Shown here: piece by piece, positions 1 through 8,794 of the stretch
How positions within the stretch are numbered: the first letter of the stretch is position 1
How the letters are laid out: every line of letters begins with the position of its first letter
Program-made: the position numbers and the translations under genes
Source: a virus
Lineage: Duplodnaviria; Heunggongvirae; Uroviricota; Caudoviricetes
Virus record (IMG/VR): IMGVR_UViG_2671181118_000006
DNA: 31,778 nt
Reading direction: 5' to 3' (one strand)
The notes under the pieces: generated by a model
Seen by the model: only the letters and a program-made list of their open reading frames with translations
Databases searched by the model: none
What the model was told of the DNA's origin: nothing

Positions 1-219
1 TTACATCCACATAATTTGCTGCCCTGACGGCAACGGGTGCGGTCTTACGGCGTGGACTTCTCCCGGCTTCACGATGTATCGCTGTACCGACTCATAAGTG
101 ATAAACGTGGCGCTGCAATTCACGTTCTGACACTGGTGATAACGCTCTTTTGTCGTGTCAGTGATATAGCGGCTTGTACGCGCATGTGCGGCATGCTGGC
201 ATAAAGGACAATGAAACAT
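1..219 (-). CDS. ogr: Ogr late-gene transcription activator (zinc finger)
   Basis: 72 codons from the ATG at 217-219 (MFHCPLCQHAAHARTSRYITDTTKERYHQCQNVNCSATF...), with the Cys-x2-Cys...Cys-x4-Cys pattern of P2 Ogr. The 93-aa ORF in the track has an N-terminal extension. Sits at the end of the late region next to D, as in P2. Confidence 0.9.
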   Translation of the reverse strand: MFHCPLCQHAAHARTSRYITDTTKERYHQCQNVNCSATFITYESVQRYIVKPGEVHAVRPHPLPSGQQIMWM

Positions 220-300
220 CGCGAGCACCTCTTCCGATTTTGTTGATGGTGCCATTTTAGTTAATTTATCCTTACAAAACAAACAGATAAAATAAAAACA

Positions 301-1464
301 TCACTCATCATCTTCTGTTTCGTACTCCACATCAGAAAGCCTGACCTCAAGCTCCAGGGACGTCGTGAAGCCGCTATTATTCAGAAAATGTGTCACCTTA
401 GTGATTGTCCAGTCCTGCTCGTCTATGACGCGCTTAAAGCCTGACACTTTGACCGGCGTTTCCGTGTAAATATCTGCCCGACCAGTAGCCAGGCTGATGG
501 AGAACTCCGCAACGCCCCGTTGCAGTTTGTCCCACTTCGCCTGAGCGGCGCGCATAGCCTGCGCTTTTGTGGCATATACCGTGGTCAGGGCAAAAACGTT
601 GTCAGCTTCACCGGCCATGTATTCACCTTCGCGCGCTTCCGGTACTTTTGGCGCTTTCTTCTGCGTGACCGGTTTCGCTTTCGGGTGCTCCAGTGCGCGC
701 AGGTGTTTTTCTTTCTTTTTGCGTTTCAGTTTTACCTTCTGCTTTTGCGGCTTCGGGTCTTTGGTGTGTAACCACTTTGCCGTTACGCCGGTGTAAGCTC
801 CACGGTCAGCAATCGCAAAATGATGACGGTCACCGTCGCTGCGGGTGATGGTAATCTGCGGGATTTTTTTACCGCTGGCAGTCACCCCCTGCCCCGCTTT
901 GAGAAACAACAGTTTTCCCATTTTTACCGACACCTCACCGCCGTTGCGTTCAGCAAGGCGGGTCAGAAATTTCGCATCAGACTCCTGCGACTGGTCGATG
1001 TGCGGGATTTTAATTCCGTCCAGTGACGGCGCGACACTGGCTTCCAGCTTGTTACGGGAGGCTATCGCCTCAACAATCGCACCGAGCGTGGTGTCATGCC
1101 ATGAGCCTTCACGGCGGGAATTGAGCGTCCCGCGAAAATCTGCACTCCGGGCGCGGATGGTAACCACATCCGGCGCGCCCCGGTGTTCAACCTCATCAAC
1201 GGTGAATTTCCCTTTGCATACCAGGGCAAAACCTTTCCAGCCGATATACACCGTCAGGACAGCGCCACGAACCGGCAGCCCGACCTGCCCGTCGGCATCG
1301 TTCAGTTCAATATCAAGCTGGTCAGCCTCAAAGCCCCGGTTATCCGTCAGGGTCATGCTCATCAGACGGTCGCTGATATTGCCGGTAATATCCCTGCTGT
1401 CGAGCATCAGCATGTAATCCGGCGTCAGCGTACTGCCTGCATCAAATGTCAGCGCATCCAGCAT
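301..1464 (-). CDS. D: tail protein D
   Basis: 387 aa, same length as P2 gpD; ATG start; position between U and ogr. Confidence 0.9.
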   Translation of the reverse strand: MLDALTFDAGSTLTPDYMLMLDSRDITGNISDRLMSMTLTDNRGFEADQLDIELNDADGQVGLPVRGAVLTVYIGWKGFALVCKGKFTVDEVEHRGAPDVVTIRARSADFRGTLNSRREGSWHDTTLGAIVEAIASRNKLEASVAPSLDGIKIPHIDQSQESDAKFLTRLAERNGGEVSVKMGKLLFLKAGQGVTASGKKIPQITITRSDGDRHHFAIADRGAYTGVTAKWLHTKDPKPQKQKVKLKRKKKEKHLRALEHPKAKPVTQKKAPKVPEAREGEYMAGEADNVFALTTVYATKAQAMRAAQAKWDKLQRGVAEFSISLATGRADIYTETPVKVSGFKRVIDEQDWTITKVTHFLNNSGFTTSLELEVRLSDVEYETEDDE

Positions 1465-1943
1465 TATCCCGCCCCCGTCATACCCGTGAATTTAGTCGCC
1501 ATACTGCCAGCCTTACCGATGAGCGATTCCGCCTGTTTACCGATATCGCCATAAAGTGCGGCCAGTGATTCATCAACGCGGGTGAGCGACAGCGTAAAAT
1601 CAATTTTCCGGGGTGTGCCGTCTGCAAAGAAAATACTCCCTGTTTCATTCACCCTGCTGATGACATACATGCCGTAAATCATGCCGGTGCCATCCAGCAA
1701 CGGCCACGCCCGGCCTTCCTCTGCCATCAGTCTGAGCGTGGTCATCGTCAGCTTGCCGCCGGTCAGTTCGGGATAAAGCACGCCGGCAAGCGTAATGTTT
1801 TCCTCACCCACACCGAGAAACTGAAAGGCATCCCGTTTACCGATACGGGAATTTGACGGCCAGCGATAATCTGATTCACGCTGCATGGTCTGGTGTGGCA
1901 GCGTCTGGCGCATAAAAACAAACATACCTAACGCGAGCATCAT
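1464..1943 (-). CDS. U: tail protein U
   Basis: 159 aa, same length as P2 gpU; stop overlaps the D start (ATGA-type coupling). Confidence 0.9.
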   Translation of the reverse strand: MMLALGMFVFMRQTLPHQTMQRESDYRWPSNSRIGKRDAFQFLGVGEENITLAGVLYPELTGGKLTMTTLRLMAEEGRAWPLLDGTGMIYGMYVISRVNETGSIFFADGTPRKIDFTLSLTRVDESLAALYGDIGKQAESLIGKAGSMATKFTGMTGAG

Positions 1944-1957
1944 TTTTCGTCACCTCC

Positions 1958-4405
1958 TTAACCGTCATGCATCATGCTGGCACGGGCGCGCGCACGTTTA
2001 TCCCGCTCATATTTTTCGAGCGCATCCTGTAACTGGCGGTCGAGCTGAGTCCCCGGCGCAGTACCGCCCGTCAGACTGATGTGATATTCGTTTTTACTCT
2101 GGTCCACATAAGAGCGGCCAGCCGGTGCCGTAACCGGCTGATAAGCCTGATAGCCTGCATAAGAGCTGGTCGCCGGAATATAACCACCGGTGCCATACGT
2201 GGCGGCATGAGTTCTGGCGGCGGTCTGGTCAAGTGTGTCTGACTCTTTGTTGATAACACCGAGTTTTTCCAGTACCCAGTCAATACCACTGCGCAGTTTG
2301 TTGAACGCATTAAGCGGCAGCATCAACGCGTCAGCCAGTGCCTGCCCGAACATGACGCCCGTGTCACGGCAACGGTTCAGGGTGTCCTGGGTGGCTTTAA
2401 CCGGGGCAATCAGGTTTTTAAACCACTGCCACGCGGCCTGTAACTTTTCGCCCAGCCAGTCAAACACCGGCTTAAGTGGCGTGAACAGTTCCCCCACCGG
2501 CGCAAATGCCGCTTTCAGCCCTTCCACCACACCGCCAAAGAATGCGCTGACAGGCTCCCAGTATTTACGGATAAGCAACGCCCCGGCGACAATGGCGGCC
2601 ACCACGGCCACAACCGGCCAGCTAATCGCTCCGATGGCGGTCATAACAGCACTGCCAACCGTCGTGAAGATTGCCCCCATTGCGCCTGCTGCCGCGATGA
2701 TGGCATTGATGCCGGTGATAACCGGCCAGGCTACGAGGCCAATGGCACCGATGACACCAATCAGTGCCAGTGCACCACCGACAATAAGTCCGATGGTTGA
2801 CGCCAGTGATTTGTTTTTCTGGATCCAGCCGTCGAGTTTTAACACATACTTTGTGGCCGTCTGCGTGAGCTTACGCAGTGCGCCTTCCTGCTGGTCAAAC
2901 AGGTCAGTCCCCACCGCCTCATAAGCGGACTGAAACTCTTTAAAGTCACCGCCTAGGTTGTCCTGCATGATATTTACCAGCTCGGCAGTCTTCCCGTCTG
3001 AGGCTTTAAACGCAGCGGTCAGTTTGTCCAGCTTTCCGGTTGAGGCGGCAGTCATCAGCACGGCGGCGGCTGAGCTGGCCTCCTCCCCGAAAATAGTTTT
3101 CATGTATTCAGCCTGCTGGGCAGTACCGAGCCGGTTTTTCTCAAAACTGGCCTGCATTTCTTTCAGAATGGTAAATATTGGCCGGGTGTTTCCCTTGCTG
3201 TCTGAGGTTTTCACGCCAAGCTCTTTGAGTGCATCCCATGCTTTTCCCGTCGGTGCCTGCAGGCGGCTTAACACGGCACGGCTTCCCGTCCCCGCCATTG
3301 AGCCTGTGATTTTTGCATCATGCAGCGCCCCGACCATTGCGGCGGTTTCTTCAATGCTGACACCGGCATTTTTTGCCACAGGTGCGGCATAGGTCAGCGC
3401 ATCGCTCATACCGTCAAAATCGGCGGCGGTTTTGTTCATCGTCATGGAGAGAACATCCCCGATATGAGCGACCTTATCGTTTGAAAGCTGAAAGGCGGAT
3501 TTCATCCCCATCAGCAGGGCGGCGTTTTCTTCCATCGTGCGGCGGTTCGCCAGCGCCATATTCAGCGTGACCGGCGTTGCCGCCTGAATGGCATCAACAT
3601 CCCCACCCGCTTTCGCAATAATAATCTGCGCACCGGCCGCATCATCCGCCGAGGCGGCGGTGTTGTCGCCGAGCTGGCGCGCCTGTTTGCGGAGCGCGGC
3701 CATTTCGGCGGAGTCTTTTGCCACTCCGAGCACAGCCTGTAATTCTGAGTTTTTCTGCGCAAACTCATAACCGGGCATCAGCAGCTTAACTCCGGCCATC
3801 GTTCCCGCCGCCGCAATCCCCACACCGGCAGCGCCCACTGAGGCCATATTTCCGGCCAGTTCCTTGCCGGCCTGATAACGCTGTTTGACTGCGTTAAGTT
3901 TTGCCTGTTGTGCACTGACACGCGCCAGTGCGTCGCGCTGACGGTTAAGCTGTGCGGTGGTTTCACTGATACGGTTTTTCAGCCCCTGCTCATCATGTGC
4001 AAGATTGCGGGTATTAATTCCCACAGCGGCCAGTTCCCGCTGCTGGCGCTTAACGGAATCCGTCAGGCGGTTATATTTCGCCTGTAAGTCCTCCGCCGCA
4101 CGCTTCGCGGATTCCAGCACTTTCGCCTGAGCACGTGTCGGACGTTCAGTGTTTTTAAACTGTGTGGCAAGGGCTTCGGCCTCCTGCCGTGCCTTTTCAA
4201 GTGCATGACCAGTCACGGCGAGCTGTGCGCTGGTCTTGCGAAATCCCTCAATACGGGATGCGTGACCGTTCAGCTCGCGCAGTGATTTTTGTGTTTCCCG
4301 GATATCCCCCGACAGCGACTTGCTCGCTGTGCGGATGGATTTAAACGGGCGGGATGCCTGGTCAACAGCCCTGAGCAATACCTGTAATTTTACATTGTTA
4401 CTCAT
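1958..4405 (-). CDS. T: tail tape measure protein
   Basis: 815 aa, Ala/Gly/Gln-rich coiled-coil composition with a central hydrophobic stretch, typical of tape measure proteins; position after E/E'. Confidence 0.9.
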   Translation of the reverse strand: MSNNVKLQVLLRAVDQASRPFKSIRTASKSLSGDIRETQKSLRELNGHASRIEGFRKTSAQLAVTGHALEKARQEAEALATQFKNTERPTRAQAKVLESAKRAAEDLQAKYNRLTDSVKRQQRELAAVGINTRNLAHDEQGLKNRISETTAQLNRQRDALARVSAQQAKLNAVKQRYQAGKELAGNMASVGAAGVGIAAAGTMAGVKLLMPGYEFAQKNSELQAVLGVAKDSAEMAALRKQARQLGDNTAASADDAAGAQIIIAKAGGDVDAIQAATPVTLNMALANRRTMEENAALLMGMKSAFQLSNDKVAHIGDVLSMTMNKTAADFDGMSDALTYAAPVAKNAGVSIEETAAMVGALHDAKITGSMAGTGSRAVLSRLQAPTGKAWDALKELGVKTSDSKGNTRPIFTILKEMQASFEKNRLGTAQQAEYMKTIFGEEASSAAAVLMTAASTGKLDKLTAAFKASDGKTAELVNIMQDNLGGDFKEFQSAYEAVGTDLFDQQEGALRKLTQTATKYVLKLDGWIQKNKSLASTIGLIVGGALALIGVIGAIGLVAWPVITGINAIIAAAGAMGAIFTTVGSAVMTAIGAISWPVVAVVAAIVAGALLIRKYWEPVSAFFGGVVEGLKAAFAPVGELFTPLKPVFDWLGEKLQAAWQWFKNLIAPVKATQDTLNRCRDTGVMFGQALADALMLPLNAFNKLRSGIDWVLEKLGVINKESDTLDQTAARTHAATYGTGGYIPATSSYAGYQAYQPVTAPAGRSYVDQSKNEYHISLTGGTAPGTQLDRQLQDALEKYERDKRARARASMMHDG

Positions 4406-4825
4406 TCGTGTTTCCGCTTCGCCGGAGCGCCTTTTCGCGCCATGTGATAAGTTCGGTCAGGCTCATGGGATACAGTTCTGATGGCGGCCAGTGAAATATC
4501 ACTGCCACATCCGCCATCAGGTCATCGACCGAGAGATTTTTCGGAAACGTTACTGCACCGAGTTCGGCGACAAAAAACCGACCACCTTACCGGCCAGCGC
4601 CACAAGGTCAGGCAGTTCCAGCGCGGCGACCTCCTGCTCGGTCAGCATCGGTGCCGTCATGCGCGGCAGCACTTTAATCAGTGCATCGACTTCGGAGTTT
4701 GCGACCGCAGCCAGACTGACACCGCGCAGCGTCCCGGCATTGGGTTTCATCAGCGTGACCTGTTCGATAACCTGCTCACCACGCTTGACCGGATTGTCCA
4801 GGGTAATCACATTTTCTTTGTTCAT
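4398..4825 (-). CDS. E+E': tail assembly chaperone E+E' (programmed -1 frameshift product)
   Basis: Slippery heptamer TTTTTTG on the minus strand at about 4571-4577. Reading in the -1 frame from there gives ...FFVAELGAVTFPKNLSVDDLMADVAVIFHWPPSELYPMSLTELITWREKALRRSGNTNE*, whose stop (4398-4400) overlaps the T start codon (AATGAGTAA). Total about 142 aa, as in P2 E+E'. Confidence 0.75.
4550..4825 (-). CDS. E: tail assembly chaperone E
   Basis: 91 aa, same length as P2 gpE; ends ...GFLSPNSVQ immediately after a TTTTTTG slippery run. Confidence 0.9.
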   Translation of the reverse strand: MNKENVITLDNPVKRGEQVIEQVTLMKPNAGTLRGVSLAAVANSEVDALIKVLPRMTAPMLTEQEVAALELPDLVALAGKVVGFLSPNSVQ

Positions 4826-4881
4826 GGTTTTCTCACTTCTGAATCAGGGTTAACCGGTCAGCCTGGCTGACCGGATGAAAA

Positions 4882-5400
4882 TCACAGGCCGATATTGCGG
4901 CGGTGTTGCTCCAGCCGGTCGGCGCCGTTCACCTTCTCAATCATGTTGATGGTGTCGATTTCGACCAGCTCCTTACCGTCCATCGTCAGCCGGAAATAGG
5001 TGCAGACCACGGAAATTTTCGACTCGGTGTCTTCTCCCTGTTTACCCTCGCCGGTGTCGATTTCTTTCTGACGTCCACGCATGACCACCTCGACGGCTAC
5101 CGTTTCGCCGGTATCGTCGCGCTGGTAAGAGCCTGCAAAACGAATCGGCACAGCATCCACACCGGTTGCGGCGTAAAGCTCCCAGATAACCGAATCCGGG
5201 AAGCCCCCGAGCGACCACTCCATTGACAGCGCATCGTCATCAAGGCCGAGGTCTACCGGTGCGCTTCCGTTCATCCCCGCACCGCGATAGTTTTCGAGTT
5301 TACGGGTCAGTTTTGGCAGCGTGACGGACTTTGCAACGCCCTGATAGCTGTAGCCGTTCAGAAAGACGTTCATTAACTTGAGTTTGCGCGGCATTGCCAT
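4882..5400 (-). CDS. FII: tail tube protein FII
   Basis: 172 aa, same length as P2 gpFII; follows FI. Confidence 0.9.
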   Translation of the reverse strand: MAMPRKLKLMNVFLNGYSYQGVAKSVTLPKLTRKLENYRGAGMNGSAPVDLGLDDDALSMEWSLGGFPDSVIWELYAATGVDAVPIRFAGSYQRDDTGETVAVEVVMRGRQKEIDTGEGKQGEDTESKISVVCTYFRLTMDGKELVEIDTINMIEKVNGADRLEQHRRNIGL

Positions 5401-5412
5401 CGGTCAGGCTCC

Positions 5413-6603
5413 TTAATTGCTGTTAACCGAGGTGACCAGATTTGCCAGGTATTTATCGGTAATACGCTGGCGCAGGGTCAGGTTTTCAAGAGGAGGAACC
5501 GGGGTATAGTCGTAGTCGATATACAGTTTTCCGGCCTTAAGGGTTTCCGCATCGTTGGATTCTTCGCTGAACCAGCAGGTCGCATCCACGATATAGCCGT
5601 TTGTTTTCAGCTCACGAAATTTGGCATTGATGCCGTCAACGATGTCGCGAATCAGCGTTGCGGTGATGGGCTTGTCCACCGCCCACATGTGCGCCTCAGC
5701 CATCGTGTCGGCCAGCACCTGCGCGGTGCGGGTGTAGTTTTCAAAGAGGAACAGCGGGTCATCAGAGCAGGTACGGTTACCCCAGAATCGGAAACCGTCG
5801 CGGCGAATCAGCGTAGTGACGCCTGACTCGTTTAGCAGGTCAGCATCGGTGCCGGACTCCTGCAAATCCCAGAATACAGATGCGCTGATGCCGGTAACAC
5901 CGTTTACCCCGACGTTGGACAGCGTTTTATGCCATCCCTGCTCCTGGTCGATTTTAGCGCGCAGACCCAGCGCACGGGCGGTGGCATACGCGGTGGCGGT
6001 GGTACTGGTGACCGTATCCCATGCGAGGAAATCCGGCCAGATGACCATCAGCTCACGCTGGCTGAAATTCTGGCGGTAGGCTTTCACCTCGGAAATGGTT
6101 TTACAGCCCCATGCGCTGATATACCCGAAAGCGCGCAGCTTCTGACAGACGGATGCCAGTGCAACAGCCACCTCTTTGGTATCCAGTCCCGGCACACCGA
6201 GAATACGCGGTTTAACACCGGTTACCGACTCCGCCGCCAGCAGGGCTTTCAGTCCGGTGTACTGACCGTTTTCGTCAGTGGTGCCGATGATATTGGAAAC
6301 GGTCTGCGCGAGTTTCGTTTCTTCGTCGTCGCCGGTTCCGTCTTCCACGCGCACGACAACGGTGACCGGTTTTGACTGGTCAGCGATGGCCTGCAACGAT
6401 GCCGCCAGCGTGCCTTTTTTACCGGCCTTTGCAATCGCGCTCTGCACATTGGTGATCAGCACCGGTTTATTGACGGGGAAGGTTTCCGCATCCGCATCGC
6501 TGGCCGTGCAGACCATGCCAACAATGGCGGTGGATACGGTGGAAATGACGCGGGTGCCGTCGTTAATCTCCAGCACCTGCACGCCGTGATGATAGTCACT
6601 CAT
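5413..6603 (-). CDS. FI: contractile tail sheath protein FI
   Basis: 396 aa, same length as P2 gpFI; synteny. Confidence 0.9.
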   Translation of the reverse strand: MSDYHHGVQVLEINDGTRVISTVSTAIVGMVCTASDADAETFPVNKPVLITNVQSAIAKAGKKGTLAASLQAIADQSKPVTVVVRVEDGTGDDEETKLAQTVSNIIGTTDENGQYTGLKALLAAESVTGVKPRILGVPGLDTKEVAVALASVCQKLRAFGYISAWGCKTISEVKAYRQNFSQRELMVIWPDFLAWDTVTSTTATAYATARALGLRAKIDQEQGWHKTLSNVGVNGVTGISASVFWDLQESGTDADLLNESGVTTLIRRDGFRFWGNRTCSDDPLFLFENYTRTAQVLADTMAEAHMWAVDKPITATLIRDIVDGINAKFRELKTNGYIVDATCWFSEESNDAETLKAGKLYIDYDYTPVPPLENLTLRQRITDKYLANLVTSVNSN

Positions 6604-6662
6604 CCGTTTAACTCCGTGGTTAATGGGTGAGTGTTATTTTCAGTTGTGCCGGAGATGTCAGG

Positions 6663-7256
6663 CTATTTGTCCCGGTTGGTTAAGGGATGACACAATTTAT
6701 TCTTTGTCGCTGATGAGGGGAATTTTTTATAGAGCGTGGACAGGCCAATATCAAAAATCAGCGCCACACGTTGACGAGATTCCCCCGCAGCCAGCAACCG
6801 TCCGACCTGCTCCCACTCACTCGCGGTGAGTTTCGGACGTCTGCCACCAATACGACCTTTGGCTCTGGCCGCTTCCAGTCCGGCGCGTGTCCGCTCGACA
6901 ATGAGTTCTCGTTCCATTTCAGCCAGGGCACCCATCACATGGAAGAAAAAACGCCCCATCGGCGTGCTGGTATCAATAGCATCCGTCAGGCTGCGAAAAT
7001 TAATGCCGCGTTCGCGCAGTTCCTCAACCAGAATGACCAGATGCCGCATACTACGCCCCAGCCTGTCCAGCTTCCAGACAACCAGAGTGTCACCTTCCGA
7101 TAATGTTCTGAGCAGTTTTTTCAACCCCGGTCGGTCGGACTTCGTGCCGCTGATTTTATCCTCAAAAATCAGCTCACATCCTGCACACTCCAGCGCATTA
7201 CGCTGCAATTCCGTATTCTGGTCATTTGTTGATACGCGGACATAGCCAATAAGCAT
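6663..7256 (-). CDS. site-specific DNA invertase (serine recombinase, Gin/Hin/Cin/Pin family)
   Basis: 197 aa starting MLIGYVRVSTNDQNTELQ, with the catalytic Ser region, GDTLVVWKLDRLGRS, and a C-terminal HTH (IFDIGLSTLYKKF). Sits beside inverted-repeat crossover sites and an inverted tail-fibre cassette. Confidence 0.9.
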   Translation of the reverse strand: MLIGYVRVSTNDQNTELQRNALECAGCELIFEDKISGTKSDRPGLKKLLRTLSEGDTLVVWKLDRLGRSMRHLVILVEELRERGINFRSLTDAIDTSTPMGRFFFHVMGALAEMERELIVERTRAGLEAARAKGRIGGRRPKLTASEWEQVGRLLAAGESRQRVALIFDIGLSTLYKKFPSSATKNKLCHPLTNRDK

Positions 7257-7311
7257 GATGGATCCCCTGAATAAAAACCGGGGATGATGCCAGTTAGCCG
7301 TAATCTCTGCA

Positions 7312-7337
7312 TTTTCTTAAACGTTGGTTTGGGAGAA
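7312..7337. other. invertase crossover site, hix/gix/cix-like (invertase-proximal)
   Basis: TTTTCTTAAACGTTGGTTTGGGAGAA. Its reverse complement, TTCTCCCAAACC-AA-CGTTTAAGAAAA, follows the 12-2-12 layout I remember for hixL (TTCTTGAAAACCAAGGTTTTTGATAA). Inverted copy of the site at 9617-9642. Confidence 0.7.
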
Positions 7338-7781
7338 GGTGCTCCAGCTATTGGCGTTCCGTTCTTCTGGCCGTCCGCTGCAATGCCAAATACTGTAATC
7401 GATAGCTGGTCCAGTATGGTGTTTTTGAAGTTCAACGGGGCGAAATTTTCTGCCTCTGATTACCCTGTGCTGGCAAAAGTGTTTCCTTCGCTGGTATTAC
7501 CTGAAGCCCGCGGTGATTTCATTCGTATCTGGGATGATGGGCGAGGGGCGGACAGTGGGCGAGCATTATTAAGCTGGCAGGCAGCAACATCTTTATCGCA
7601 ATTTGGCGGTAATTATCCAGAAGGGTCCGGCCATGCGATTGCTGATTACGATGGAATATCAGCACACCAGCCAGGTTTCTCTCGATTTCAGTACACCAGT
7701 AACTCAGTAGGAGATGGTGTTAATTTTATTGCCGTCAGACCACGTAACATTGCATTTAACTTTCTGGTGAGGGCTAAATAA
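7326..7781 (+). CDS. alternative tail-fibre C-terminal segment (silent cassette; would fuse to the H N-terminus after inversion)
   Basis: The open frame runs through the crossover site (..VGLGEGAPAIG..), in the same frame as the GLG codons at the H crossover. There is no independent RBS; the stop at 7779-7781 overlaps the ATG of the next gene. Confidence 0.65.
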   Translation, partial: GLGEGAPAIGVPFFWPSAAMPNTVIDSWSSMVFLKFNGAKFSASDYPVLAKVFPSLVLPEARGDFIRIWDDGRGADSGRALLSWQAATSLSQFGGNYPEGSGHAIADYDGISAHQPGFSRFQYTSNSVGDGVNFIAVRPRNIAFNFLVRAK

Positions 7782-8374
7782 TGAAACCTGTTTTTGATGA
7801 AAATGGACTGGCTACAGTGCCGGGTGATATGCGTTGTTTTTATTATGATGCAGTAACGTATGAATATACGGGCTGGTCTGATGAATATATTAATACTGGT
7901 GTAAGTATGCCCGCCTGTTCCACTGGTATTGACCCTGGCGAAAACATTCCGGGAAAAGTGGCTGTATTTACAGGTAAGGGATGGAGCCATGAAGAGGACC
8001 ATCGCAATGAGACTGTTTACTCAATCGAAAATGGCGCAGCTGTTACAGTGGATTATATCGGTGCCATCAAAAACGGTTATGTCACGCTTTCACCGTTAAC
8101 GCCATATGATAAATGGGATGGTGAGAAATGGGTGACAGATACTGAGGCACAACACGGTGCCGCAGTAGAAGCGGCAGAAGCACAGCGCCAGTCACTGATT
8201 GATGCAGCAATGGCTTCCATTAGTCTGATTCAGCTGAAATTACAGGCCGGGCGGAAACTGACGCAGGCAGAAACAACCCGGCTTAACGCTGTGCTGGATT
8301 ACATTGACGCGGTGACGGCAACAGATAGCAGCACCGCGCCGGATGTCATCTGGCCTGAACTGCCGGAGGCGTAG
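7781..8374 (+). CDS. alternative tail fibre assembly protein (U'-like)
   Basis: 197 aa; its C-terminus (NAVLDYIDAVTATDSSTAPDVIWPELPEA) is paralogous to the C-terminus of the expressed assembly protein (NAWLDYLDALEMVDTSGAPDIEWPTPP). Confidence 0.8.
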   Translation: MKPVFDENGLATVPGDMRCFYYDAVTYEYTGWSDEYINTGVSMPACSTGIDPGENIPGKVAVFTGKGWSHEEDHRNETVYSIENGAAVTVDYIGAIKNGYVTLSPLTPYDKWDGEKWVTDTEAQHGAAVEAAEAQRQSLIDAAMASISLIQLKLQAGRKLTQAETTRLNAVLDYIDAVTATDSSTAPDVIWPELPEA

Positions 8375-8789
8375 GCCATTCAATATCTGGCGCACCGGAA
8401 GTATCGACCATTTCCAGTGCGTCCAGGTAATCCAGCCACGCGTTATACTGTACCTTTTCGGCGTCTTTCAGCCGTCCCATTGCAGCTTTTCCCGGCCATT
8501 GCTTGCTGTTCATGTACTCGTTAGCCTGGTCGATTAGCAGTTGTTTTTGTGCTTCAGTTGCTGCAACAAGTTCATCGTGCGTTGGCGGCGGAATATCACC
8601 CCAGGCAGGAAAACCATCTTCACCAGCAATGCGGATTTTCCCTTTCGGTGGTTCGCCTGAATACTCAATAAACAGTTCTTCATCAACCTCCTTAGCATTG
8701 TCAAAATTCATTCCATTTGATTCATAAATTTCCTTCATAGCTATCGGATAGAAAGCATTTGTAGATACATCATAAAAATATTTATTCAT
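8346..8789 (-). CDS. G: tail fibre assembly protein
   Basis: Probable start is the ATG at 8787-8789 (MNKYFYD...), preceded by a GGGAGA RBS; the track ORF extends to 8816. Lies convergent with, and overlapping, the alternative assembly gene. Confidence 0.8.
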   Translation of the reverse strand: MNKYFYDVSTNAFYPIAMKEIYESNGMNFDNAKEVDEELFIEYSGEPPKGKIRIAGEDGFPAWGDIPPPTHDELVAATEAQKQLLIDQANEYMNSKQWPGKAAMGRLKDAEKVQYNAWLDYLDALEMVDTSGAPDIEWPTPPAVQAR

Positions 8790-8794
8790 TCTAA

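Noticed and set aside
845-1417. 190-aa plus-strand ORF inside tail gene D
   Set aside because: Antisense shadow ORF within D, which is full length at 387 aa.
2235-2924. 229-aa plus-strand ORF inside the tape measure gene T
   Set aside because: Antisense to an 815-aa gene with perfect synteny; its Ala/Thr/Pro-rich low-complexity translation mirrors the Ala/Gly-rich T codons. No RBS or start context was examined.
7284-7325. ATG at 7284 as an independent start for the alternative tail-fibre segment
   Set aside because: The crossover site lies inside this ORF, and the H reading frame joins it at the GLG codons. The segment is better explained as a silent C-terminal cassette expressed only after inversion; the upstream ATG is probably coincidental.
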